Shown in pieces: positions 11,345-23,386 of a DNA stretch of 64,000 bases; position 1 is the first letter of the stretch; every line of letters begins with the position of its first letter. The DNA lies in NCBI GenBank assembly GCA_030704615.1, contig CM060733.1, positions 55,862,001-55,926,000 on the forward strand, read 5' to 3'. Under the pieces are notes generated by a model that was not told the DNA's origin, did not search any database, and worked only from the letters and a program-made list of their open reading frames with translations. This DNA comes from Takakia lepidozioides. Its lineage: Eukaryota; Plantae; Bryophyta. The position numbers were made by a program, and so were the translations under genes.

Positions 11345-14300
11345 TTGCAAGTGGAACTGCGATTTAACCCCCATCCTCAAGTCTCGCGTCACGGACTTCG
11401 CCATCTCATCCTTCCGGTAAGCCTTCCGAATCTTCCTTTGGAGCGCCGTCTCGCCCCTGTACACCATCATGAGCTGCTGCTTTCTACTTAAAGCATCGGC
11501 CACCACATTGTTCCATCCCGGTTTGTACTGGATATCCACGTCGAACAGTGCCAAAGTGTCTTGCCACCTAATTTGTTTTAGGGACAACTTAGGCTGCGTG
11601 GCAAAATACTTCACCGTGACATTGTCCGTGAACACCTTCACCGGGTTGGAGCCAATATAGTGGCGCCAAAGCTCAAGGCAATGCACCACCGCCTTCATTT
11701 CTTTCTCGTGCGTTGGCCACTGCCGCTCCACTTCATTCAGTTTCTTACTTTCGTAAGCCACTGGACGTCCCTCCTGCATGAGTACACCTCCAATCGCGAA
11801 GTCCGACGCATCCGTATGAATCTCAAATGGGCGGTCGAACTCCGGGATTTTCAGGACTGGAGCTTCCGCCATCCGCTGCTTCAACTCGGCAAAAGCTTGG
11901 CCACAAAAGGCGTTCCATACCCAGACTTTGGATTTACACAGGAGGTCTGACAGCGGCCCCGCGATCTTGGCGAAATTTCTCACATACTTTTGGTAATAGG
12001 AGGCGAGTCCTAAGAATGATCGCACTCCTGGGATCGAAGTTGGAGGCTCCCAGTCCAAGATTGCTCTCACCTTTCTGTCATCCATTTTGATCCCATCATG
12101 TGTAATCACATGCCCCAAGAACTCCACTTTTGTGACCCCGAATTCGCACTTTGAAGCTTTGGCATACAGCTTCCCTCCCCGTAATTTCTGGAACACCCTT
12201 TTGAGGTGCTCCAGGTGCTCTTCCTTTGTTTTCGAGTACACCAAGATGTCGTCGATGTACACGATCACAAAGTTGTCCAACCACTCCTGGAAAAGGCTGT
12301 TCATTAGCGTGCTAAAGGTTGCGGGTGCATTGGTGAGCCCAAAGGGCATCACCAAGAACTCATAGGAACCATACCTTGTCCTGCACGCGGTCTTTTCCTC
12401 ATCTCCTTCCGCCACTCGAATTTGATAATATCCGGAGCGCAAATCGATCCGGCTGAAATATTTCTCTCCTGCCAACCGATCGAAGAGGTCATCGATCCTT
12501 GGCAAAGGGTATCGGTTTTTGATAGTCACCTTATTCAGAGCCCTGTAATCGACACACATCCGCAGCGTCCCATCCTTCTTGTCTGCGAATAGCACCGGGG
12601 CTCCATAAGGTGACTTACTCGGCCGGATGTACCCCTTTGACATTAGATCCTTGAGCTGAGTCTTCAGCTCGACCAACTCTCTGTGGCTCAACCGGTAGGG
12701 TGCCTTGGCAGGCGGCTCCGATCCCAGTATCACCTCAATTTTGTGGTCAACTCCTCTTCACGGTGGCTAGCCGCTTGGTAAATCCTCCGGCATCACATCC
12801 TGATATTTCTCCAAAATCAACTTGATCCAATCTGGGCTCGGCTCCCCATCGCTTTTTTCCTTCACTTGTCTTATGTAAAGCAAAAACTGGGGCTCGTGTG
12901 GCTCCTCCACGGCCCACTCCCTTGCTGACAGAAGGTTTATTCGCCCTCCCACGGGGTTGGGCGTTTCCGACACTCGTAAAACTTCGCCACCATTCCCACA
13001 CGGTAATGTGACTACTCTTTTGCGGCTATCTATGACCAAAAAGGTCATCCCCAAAATGAGATCCATTCTATCGATCTCGCAAATGGTGAAGTTCTCACGT
13101 CCCTCCCAACTCCCGAACTGAAGAGGAACATCGAACGCCAACCTCGTCACCAATTGTGGTTCTCTTTTAGCAGAACGCACCTCAATCGAGGCCCCCACAT
13201 CACTTGTCGGAAGTCCCAACTTCCGTGCCGTTGCCGGTGTCATGAAGGAGTGCGACGCTCCTGTGTCCACCAATAACGATACGTTAGTTCCGGAGATTAT
13301 CCCACTCACAAACATTAACTGACTCCCTTTACGCAAGGCGTTAGTTTCCTGATACAACTCAAAAGAGTAGTTGCCTACCTTGCAAGTCTTGGCAACCACC
13401 GCCTCCACCAAGCGGCTGATAGAGGCTTCGGATAACTCCGTGGTTGCCCAAGTCATGTTCAATTGTCGGGGATTTGTACACTTCTTGGCCATGTGCCCGG
13501 GCTCCCCGCAATTAAAGCACACTCCATCGAAGGTCGCATTCTGTCCGCCATAAGCCGCCGCACCTGGTTTCCCTTTCGGGGCACGTCAAGATGACCTGGT
13601 TCTTCCATGTCCGCGACTTCGAGCACCAGCACATTGAAATCCTGAACATATCCCCGAATGTCATCCGTTTGCTTCAAATTCCTCATCTTGTCCCGGGCGA
13701 GCCAGGACGCGTTGAGGGGCACAAACTGTCTCTCATGAGTTCCTTGAACCCACTCCAGTTCAAGGTCTCTGGGTTTGGACCTCGGTCGTGAAGGCGTTTC
13801 TGCCACCATTGTTGAGCATAGCCCCTCAAATAGGTGGGAGCCACTTCCACCCGATCCTCGTCATCCAACTTGGCCGCCCGGAAGTACTCCTCTAGCTCCA
13901 AGAGCCAGGTGTTGAGTGCCTTCCGATTTTGGACGCCCTCGAAGGTGCCGGGTTCCTTAGGCTTCACCTTAAACTTTGCCTTAGTGGAAGTGGCATTAGT
14001 CGCCTTTAACACGTCTTTTAACATCCCACCAAACTGCGCCAACAACCCTTCCCGAAAGGCTGCTGGCATGGGAGGCATCTGTTGGTCTGTCGGAGCTCTC
14101 AGGGATTCCTCGGGCTCCGACTCCTCAGATTCCTCCTGTCCTTGAGCGGCCTTGCTTCCAAAGGCATGCATCGCTTCCTCAAATGGCCGCTTCGGTGACA
14201 CGTCGCCCCCATCGGGCTCACCAGGATCATCATCTTTCGAGCCGTTCCGCTTTCGCTTTGGCTTGCCCGACCCTATGATGAGGCCGATCCCAAGGACGAT
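11345..14300 (-). mobile_element. Ty3/gypsy chromovirus 5' half: gag, Zn-knuckle, aspartic protease, RT, RNase H (frameshifted)
   Basis: gag KPKEPGTFEG...WLLELEEYF; CFNCGEPGHMAKKC; LLVDTGASHSFM; [11 protein letters not shown]; RNase [13 protein letters not shown]...NVVADALSR. Pol homology stops at ...KSQFHLQ. Confidence 0.95.
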
Positions 14301-14317
14301 CATGTACTGAACTCTAA

Positions 14318-14329
14318 GCTCTGATACCA
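14318..14329 (-). promoter_or_regulatory. Primer-binding site (tRNA-iMet)
   Basis: Minus strand TGGTATCAGAGC, 2 nt after the LTR end GCGCGACA. Confidence 0.9.
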
Positions 14330-14331
14330 AG

Positions 14332-14710
14332 TGTCGCGCACCTCGCTTCGGTAAGCTCCCCTTCAAGTCATAGTTACTCGCTTGATGCGTGCGCCTAACT
14401 CCCAAACTGGCCACCGGGCCAATTCGGAGCTTCGGCTGCTCACCGGGGCATAACGGTCCCCCTTTACTCCTCCACTAGACCCTCTCCCAATTTGAGCCTA
14501 GTGGAAATTCCCTTTGGTTGATGGCAGTCCGGAATAATTCCCCACACCTTGGTCGTTTTCCGGCTCGCACGCTTACTCACTAGTTTTTGGACACCAACGG
14601 GCTTGCACTGTTCTCGGGGTTAACTCCCTATATATACTTCTGTGACTGTCCGCGGGGGTTTCACAAACAACACCACCATTTTATGGCGAACCACCACGAA
14701 AACCCTCGAT
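14332..14710 (-). mobile_element. Truncated 5' LTR (last ~380 bp only)
   Basis: Reverse complement of 7332-7712; similarity ends at 14710. Confidence 0.9.
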
Positions 14711-17700
14711 ATGGAACAGACCATTCACAGAAGTTTGTGGTGGATGACGCATTGCAGTGGTTTGTATTGGTGATGGAGCGAGCAGTATTCGACATTGATT
14801 TGCAGAATCCCAATGTCTTCAAAGTCATGTGGTGTGGGACCCCAACTAAAGACCGCATCGACGCCATTGCTCATGTCGATGGAGCATGCCTGTGCCGGCA
14901 AATCAAGGTCATTGTCCTCGTCGGAAATCTCTTGGAAGGTAAAATGTTCTGGGCAACTTTCGTGTTTCAGCTCCATTTCTTTGGCCAACTTTTTTAGAGG
15001 TTCACATTTGCAAAAACATGTGTTGCAGGGCAAGTTGATTTGGGAGACAAGCAAGTGCAGGTTGCTTTCGACTCTTTTGCCAGAGGTGCAAGGGACCTTG
15101 TCCTGGCTTTACAAAGAGTTCGGGAGACTGCCCAGCAGATTGGCCACGAGAATGTCCAACAACATATTCCCCACGACACATGTGGGCAGACTGCCCAAGT
15201 GCTGGAGACCGAGCATGTGCACCAGACCGTCCCGGGTAATAGGCCGGACCACTCCCAGCAGACTGCCCCACACACTCATACTCAGTATGTGCAAACAGTA
15301 TTGAGCGGGTAGCGAACTTTGCAGACTTTGCAGCAGACCGGCCAACAGACTGCCCCTCAGTCGACTGTGTAGCAGATCAGCGAACATGGCCAGCAAACTG
15401 CCCCTCAGCAGACTGTGCAGCAGACCGGCCAATCCAGCCAACAGATTGCCCCTCAGCAGACTGTGCAGCAGACCGACGAATCCAGCCAGGAGATTGCCCC
15501 TCAGCAGATGGCTGAGCAGACTATCCAGGAGACTAACAGCCAGTTTGTTCCCTGGATTGTGCAACAGACTCGGATGCACTGGCCTCACCGGGACCCTGTG
15601 GACGAATTTCTACTGAGTTCCCAACAACATATTTTTGGATTTGCCAGTATGAGTGTTTTGAGCGAGTCCACTTTTCCCCCAGGTACATTCACTGACGACG
15701 TCATCAGGTCACCGGTAAAGCATTCTTATCCAGCTCCCTGTGCCCTGCCTTCTATGACCTTCCAGCTCAGTTCCGTTTTCGTGCGCTTAGTGGTGAAAGC
15801 CATAGATGAATCTTATGTACGTGATGACCGAACTCAATCTGGGAACGCAAAACCGTATCATAGATCTTACAGAAGAGTCTGAGGAAGCAATTGCCGGTGG
15901 GTCTTCCATACATGTTCTTGATGTTTCCCAAGTCCATGAAGATCCGAACACCCAGCCGGCTGTCCACCAGACTGACCAACACATTGAACAGTCGACACAT
16001 GGAAGGACTGCAGAGCAACCTGCGGTGGGGCAACAAACTGTCTTCATTGATGAGCAAACTGAACTGCAGACTCACCAGCAGACTGCACAGGTCACAGAGG
16101 GAAGGACTGACCAGGATAGCTCGGAGCGGCAGACTGCACAGCTCAGTTCTGACTGCACAGTTCAGACTACACGGCCTGACCAGCACACTGCATATTTTAC
16201 AGAGGGAATGACTGACGACCAACCTGCCACCAAACACACTGCCCACATTGAGGAAGAGACTAAACCGCAGAGTTGCCAGCAGACTGCACAGTTCACAGAC
16301 GAAAGGACTGACAAAGAACCAGCGGCCGAGCAGACTGTCCACATTGAGCAACAGACTGAACATGCTGGCAGGCACACTGACGAGGAACCACATGCGGCGC
16401 AGATGCCGTATCATAGAGCGCTGGATTACATGGAGTTTGCTCCCTCACCCCTTGGGCAGGTTTTGTTATTTTCAACACTGTTGTTTATGTTTTAGCACAT
16501 TGTGAAATTGGGCTAATTCGCCATTTTGCTCGGTATCCTCACAGGATGTTCGTCCCTCCGTCGGCAGACTGTCTACTTCTGAGGACATGACATCTTCTGC
16601 CCATGCTGCAAACGTGGGATCGACAACCAAGAAAGGTGTGGGGGTGAGCATGCCCCCCGATGCGCGGGTCAGTTCTACGCATGCGACCCACAAAGCTGCA
16701 AAGACAGGTCCAACAAGTGTAAACAAACCTGCTAACCAGCCTCTATTGCGAAGTAGGGCGGCAGCGCTGCGTTTGTCTACTCTATCCAGCCCGCCTACAG
16801 CTGTCCTTGCTTCCCAGGGGAGAGGCAAAGCCAAGAAGCGGACTGTCGTGGACCATGCTGAGGAGGTCGAGGAGGGTCCGAGTACCAAGAGACTGGCGAA
16901 GAAAAAGTCTGGCGTTTTTATGAACAAGAACCGCAAGCTGGCCTTGGACATGGATAAAGATGTGGGTCGTTTCCTAGAGCAGCACAGGTGATTACTGTGC
17001 TCAGTCTCCTTGTCTGTCTTTGTCGTTAAGTGCTTTGCAATCTGTTGTGGTCAGTCTGCTCGCTAGTCAGTCTGCTGTTGGTTGTCATCATTGTCTGTTG
17101 TGGTTAGTCTTGTCAGTTTGCTGATGAACTGTTTAGCCTGTAGAGTGTTTGGTACCATGTTGATGTCAGTCTATTCAATACATGAGGCTTCCCAAAGGAT
17201 GGTCTGCTTTGTGCAGGATGGGTGCTCGGTTTGGCAAAGCACATGCTCTGTGGTCAAGGCGGATAATTCCATGCTGATGTTTTTTGAAGCGGACCCACGG
17301 TTTGAATGCCGACTGTCGCCGGATGACATAAAAGCGCTCCAGAAGGTTGAGTCAGAGTGCACAGATAGACTCTTGGAGCTGTGGTGTCGATTTTATGAGA
17401 AGTCGGTTGAGGCTGCGTTCACCAACACTATTGCTGTTCTTCCAACGTCGACATGGACGGTGTTGAAGTCATTGGGGGTGGGGCAATGTGAAAGCCTTCT
17501 GGAGGTCTTCAAAGGTTGCCTCAGCACTGAACGATTGGGCAAGGACTTGAAAGAGTGCGATTTCATTTTGGTGCCAATTGGAGACGAGTAAGAACTCTTC
17601 CGAGTCTGCTGAGACTGTCTCCCGAGTCATAGTCTGGTTTCGCAGTGTCGTCTTGACTCTGAGCGATTAAGCTGACCTCTGTATTTATCTAGTGGATTGG

Positions 17701-18238
17701 GTTTGAAAATTGAGTTTGCTGAGTCAGCTGAGTGGTCGGTCTGCTGAGTGTCAGTTTGCTGAGTCTGCCCATCATGATTGTGCAATGACGTCATGTTGTC
17801 TGATACCATTGCAGGGGGCACTAGAGTGTTTATATCATCGACCTCCGCAAGGGCTGTTACACTCACCTGAACTCTATCAGGGACTCGCATAGTTGTCCCT
17901 TTGTTCTACGGTGGATTCGGAAGCTTCATGCTGAGTGCTTAGGGTACTCGATGGACTCACCGGAGTGGCACGAGATTGTCCAAGCATTTCAGTTCCACGC
18001 GCCTGATGTGCCCCAGCAACCATTTAGCTGGGAGTGTGGCTTTTACGTCATGTCATTCATTCAAGTGTTTTATGAGTGGGCAAAAGTCAGAGGAAATGTC
18101 TCCAAGACTGCAAAGCCAGAGAGAGGAACACCTTTCACGAATGACTGGTTTACTTTCAAGTTTGCACTTGGGCAGCAAATGCAGTGTGCCCAGTATATCG
18201 TGCGGGGGTTGGACAATCTAGAGAAACTGTTCTCATGA
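14711..18238 (+). pseudogene. MULE-associated Ulp1/C48 SUMO-protease-like gene with long Gln/Thr-rich repetitive exons
   Basis: ECDFILVPIG (~17560), GH*SVYIIDL...HLNSI (HW motif with a stop, ~17816), PDVPQQPFSWECGFYVMSFI (~18005). GT-AG introns. Confidence 0.8.
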
Positions 18239-21200
18239 GTATGATGTACTTGTCCTGTGAAGTCTATGTACCAAAATAAAAAATGCGAGTCTTTTCGCTT
18301 ACTATTCCAGTGGTGATGAGCCCTGGGGGGTGCACTCCTACCAATATGTACCAGCCACGTGCGTGTACAAGAGGGGGTATTTTAAACCCCTCCATGTACA
18401 ACATTATACATATAGAGGGGGGTTTATATCACCTTAAATATAACCTTACAGGAGGGGGTTATAGAATTGTAGGAGTAGTCTAGTGGTAAGGGCGTAGAAT
18501 GTGTCGTGACGCACCGCGGGATCAAATCGCGATGCAATGTTGTTTTGCTTTTTTTTTTTTTTTTTCTCCCCGCGATCTGTCTCCCGCAGGCTCTCTTTTC
18601 CCTCCTCCCCCGCACCCCTTCCGTGTCAACATGGTCTTAGCAAGCCATGAGCTTTGTGACCCCCTCTCTTTCTTGTTTCTTTTTTCCTCTTATCCCATAA
18701 GATCTTTGAGCTTCCTGGAGCCATTGTGAAGTATGATCGCATTTTACCAAGATTTGGCGTTTGCGGAATAGTGGCACCCTTCCATGGCCTAAGCATACTC
18801 AACTGGTGCATGGTGGTGGTGATGAACTGGGTTCTGTGTATGCAGCAACGTTGGAGGTGAGTTCATCTAAGCATCTTAGCCCTCACAACTGCAGTAGACT
18901 AGATCTTTGATGTATACAATTTACGGAACCCTAACTTCATTTGTGATTTGTGAGTTGTGAAGGATTACTTCTTTTACACATGTCTTGTGGTGCTGCAGTT
19001 GCCAGAACAAGGCCTGACCAAGGAACTGAACTTATTGTACTCTCTGCTTGCATGTAGCGCTTTCCAGCGATAATAGAGTCTCGGTGTTAGAACTGGCCCG
19101 TTGGAACTCGCGGTTTGGGAACGCCAATCATCTGGCAGTTCTCAAAGAAATGAGAGCTCTCGGATGGAGACTGCGGCAGTTAATTTAATGGTCCTTTGTC
19201 AATAGGGTGGGATAATGTAGGCGATTACTACCTACTATTTTCTTTGAGAATATGCGGAACCTTAGCATTTCTTGTGGTTACTCTTCGTACAACATTGGTC
19301 ATGCTCGAAGGCAGTATGAACGCTTTGCGACTGCAGGAATTGCGGTTGTACCTACTAATGCCTAGGAATCTTTCATGAGAACATGCAGCAGACTGTTGCG
19401 GATTGTGTAGGGCAGTGGAGAGCTTCTGTGATTAAATTCTTGGGCACCCTCTTTTTTCTCCATGCATGCACCTGGCTCAACCCAGCTTAATTACCCACCA
19501 ATCGGTCGTGTTATCCTTCCTGTAGGTGATAATAGAGTTGGTGATTACGTGTGGAGGCTACAATGAAGATTGCTGAGTGTACAAGTGGCTGCCGATGACA
19601 TTGTTTGACATCACCTTCACTCAATGCCCATGTCTAGCTCCAGGTTTGTCTTTTCGATGTCTATCTCTACTCAGATTTGGGGGTGTGTCCTATGGTCTGC
19701 CTGTTTTGTCTCCTTTCAAATCTCAACGTCAACACTGTTGATCTCAATTTTTGAGCTCCATGTCCGGCTGTTAACTTTCTGCTTTTTCTCCACCACTTTC
19801 TTATTGGGCAAGTATTTGCCCGAATTTAAGGAAGGTTGATCCTTCTAGTCTAAACAACTGCTCGGACCTTGACTAGGATAGAGTTCTCTGAATAGCTGAC
19901 AGTATCTGCTATCCTCTTAAGGTGACATATTCTGTTTGCCTGCCGGAGGCATACTTCCTGAATTGGCCTTGAGAGGGTCCAAAGCCCAGCTGAGAGTCCA
20001 TGGCGATCTTGACAAGTATGAGAATTGTCCAAGTAGAAGTGAAGCTTGGGTAAGCTTATGCTTTGGATGTCCTTTGCACATGTCACTCCCAAGATCCCCA
20101 TCTCATGTTTCTCTGGACCACTATGCCCTGTTCCTACTTGTGACATGAAATACAAGGTTCTTGCTGCCACAGCTGATGGTTTAGCAGTGACCAATATCTG
20201 CTGGTAAAGAGACAGTGTGAGCATGAATGGATGTGGAGAGACATAGCACTTCACCCATCAGGAACTGAAAAAGTTGCAAAGCTTCAGGAGAATATTTACG
20301 AGTGTACCTCCATAGCAATCATATCCATGTAATGGCACCTTTGAATACATGATGACTATTTGGCATAACATTTTCCTCACCTAAACTGGTGTTAGACAGA
20401 CGGGGCATAGCAAAAGAAATCACATTGCTAGATGTCCAGTGAGAAACATGTTTATTGTGTTTGACTTTGATTTGTTTACATAACATATTTAGACCTTATT
20501 TATGTATGTGGGTCTATCCTCTCCTGTCATTTGGGTGTCTGGATCTTCTTTTAGATCAATATTGCAGGGTTGTGAGTTAGATTCAATGTGCCAAAATGAT
20601 GCTAGATTTCCTTGGGTTCGGCTGTGGCATGCAGGAAATAACGAGGAGAAAGTCTGGAAGACCAGGTTGAGATCCACTGCTGGGTGGTAGACCAGGCAAG
20701 AAAGGGGAGGAACCCATCACACGCAAAGAGGGGTTGTGGTTCTCCGGGGATGTACCTCGACTCTCCCACCAAGACTTTACAGAGTCCCTTGTTGAAAATG
20801 TCTCCGTCCATGCAGGACAATTTTCCTTCGACACCTGGCAAGGTCTACCTTTCTCTTCTTGCTATCTTAATTTGATCAATTTTTGTGCGAGAAGGTGGTG
20901 AAACTGTGTTATCTTGAAAGTAATGAAGACTTCAGTAGCTCCAAGTCTGTGAGGATGCTAAACATGTGGTATAGTAGAGCCAGCCTGTAATTGTGGCTGG
21001 CAGTCCACAGCTGTGTGTTAAAAGACCTGTGCAAGATATTTTACATGTGAGTGGAGTTTATCAACAATATGCAGCAGCGTATTAATACTACTTGATTCTC
21101 CAATCACAACACTCCCTTCTGGCTCTTGCTTCCAGTCTAACTGAGGGAGGGAGAGACAGAAGTAGATGTATGCAGCTCCCTGTGATTGTTGGCTTTGACA

Positions 21201-21540
21201 TGCTCTCCAGGCTTGGTCACTATCTGGTACAAAGCCTTCTGGAGTTAGTCTTGGGGTTTTGAGCCACCAGGATATCTATGAGCTTAATGCCGACACTCGA
21301 CCACCTGTTCCAACCATATCTTTCTAATGGATGGCATAGATGAATGAGAGAACCATAATTGCCCTCACTGAGGAGAAAAGACAATAAGCCAGATATTTAT
21401 GGGTCCTCACCTGACCTGACATCTGGCCCTCCACTTTACAGTAACCCTTACATGTCTTTTGTCGGTGAATCACTGTTGGGACAGGCTTCTTAATCTATGA
21501 TAGGGTGTATGTGAGCATGGGTTACCTTCATGGTCAAGCA

Positions 21541-22218
21541 TTATCTGGAGAGTGCTGTGATGAATGGGCAAAGCAAGTTGGAAAGTACCTCGTTCTGTTT
21601 GCTGTTCAAAGGTAGGCTTCCTTCCCTGAGTTTAAATTTCAGTCTAGTGCCGAGAGTGGGTGGACCCTTGAGGTCATCCAAGATGTCCTCCCCCATGTCA
21701 CTGACTAGAAACAAGTTCAGGGAAGTTTTCTGCCTAACTTCATTTTCATCAGACAATCTCATGGCAACAGACATGGCTTTGGACACTACAGCCTCTAAGT
21801 CGGATTTATCCAGCAGGGTCAAGACTTGCGGATCCAGGTCCAGGTCCTTGAGAATCTCTTCTACTCTGGTGTTGGGAAAACACCTTTTGATCTCAGTCCA
21901 AACCAGGAAGTGGACAGAGGTACCAATATCAGTTCTGTCGATCATCGAAGAGAAACACTGGGGGAACAAATTTTTGTCCATTATGATATAGTCCACAATG
22001 GAACGTTCCCCAGTTTGGGATTTCTCACGAGTCCACTGCACTTGGTCACCTCTTGTCTTGTTATTCAAGGTCAAAAGCTGAAGCTCTTCCAGACAGTTAA
22101 TTAACCGTCTGCCATTAGAATTCAACTCGTCCTCACCAGAAGACCCAATGATATCGTCCTGATGGAGCCCTTTGCCCACTTGGGCATTGAAGTCACCTTG
22201 CAATAGCACCACAGACAT
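21541..22218 (-). mobile_element. Internally deleted non-LTR retrotransposon (APE endonuclease fused to post-RT C-terminus), RTE-X/CR1-like
   Basis: LQGDFNAQVG...NSNGRRLI...QWT...SIVDYII...TSVHFLVW, then a jump to GTRLKFKLREGSLPLN. Confidence 0.75.
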
Positions 22219-22219
22219 G

Positions 22220-23200
22220 AAGAGAAGCTTTGGAATCTGACACTTTTCTGACCCCAGTCAATGGTGGGACAATGTGGGTGGATGGTCAATTGGAAACAAC
22301 AGCGGCAACAGTGCAATTGATAGAGCAAGGCATTGCTGATGAAGGTACCTTCTTCAACACATTTCAGCCCGAGGGCACCTTCTGGTTTGACCTGTTTCAG
22401 CCTGTTTTTCCTCTCATCCTCCTCAGCCCTGAAGCATATGTATTGAATTCTGTAAGTTAGCTCGTTGGGTGGATCTGCGGTGCTTTGGAGTGACTTTGCA
22501 AGTTACTGCCGAGGTGGCAGCATGACAGTACCTAAAAAAAGATAACAGAGATGGAGAGAAGCTGTCAAGGAATGAATACTTCTCTGACCCCAGTCAGTGG
22601 TGGGACAATGTGAGTAGATGGTCAACTAGAAATAGCAGCGGCAGCAGCGCAATTGATAGAACAAGGGACTGCTAATGAAGGTACCTTCTTCAACACATTT
22701 CAGCTTGTTTTTCCCTGTTATCAGAATCGTCCCTAAATTTCCAGATGGCCGGATTCCAAGCTCCAGATTACCTATGATTCCATGTGGAAGGATAGCTACA
22801 AGAAACCTGCATGGGTAGATGGTCAACTGGAAGCCACTGTAGCAACTGCAGAGGCATGATGTACGCATTGTTAGTGTGGAGGGAGGGGTAGCTGTTGATG
22901 CAGGGAGAGGATCGTGGGTGCAAAATCATCCAAGAGGGCCAGATTTGGAGCAAGGAACAGCGCTGGCAGGAGTTCTATAAATATGATCCACAACGGTGGG
23001 ACAATATTGTCAACAAGGTGAGCTTTCTTCATGCAACATCGTAGGGAGTTTGACAGAACTTTGTATTTAAATATGTTAGTGTGGAGGGAGGGGTAGCCGC
23101 TGATGCAAGGATGGACTGTGGGTTCAGGATCACCCAAGAGGGCTACCAGCAGTGGAAGTAGCAGCATTTGGTCAATAGCAGCAGCAAGAATTAGCAACGT
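22220..23200 (+). mobile_element. Scrambled copies of the LINE-like repeat seen at 660-3330
   Basis: ttttctgaccccagtcaatggtgggacaa and gatggtcaa(c/t)tggaa blocks, reverse-complementary to the 0.7-3.3 kb repeats. Confidence 0.6.
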
Positions 23201-23386
23201 CAAACTCATCAATCAGGTACTTGCTTCTGTATACATTTCATCCTCTTATCAACGTAGTCCCTGCTTGGACAGCCTATAGGGTTGTATAAAATAGGACTTT
23301 GGAACCTTCCAACCCGGGTGCTTTGTTATTGGTCTATCAAGGTCTGATTTGAAATGTTTTCATTGCATTTTGCAGGTGAACTCATC

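Noticed and set aside
15109-16951. Long minus-strand Leu-rich ORFs
   Set aside because: Antisense shadows of the CAGACTG repeat exons.
18470-18485. CTAG-T as a Helitron 3' end
   Set aside because: No convincing upstream hairpin, and the region is better explained as the subterminus of the TIR/TSD-bounded element.
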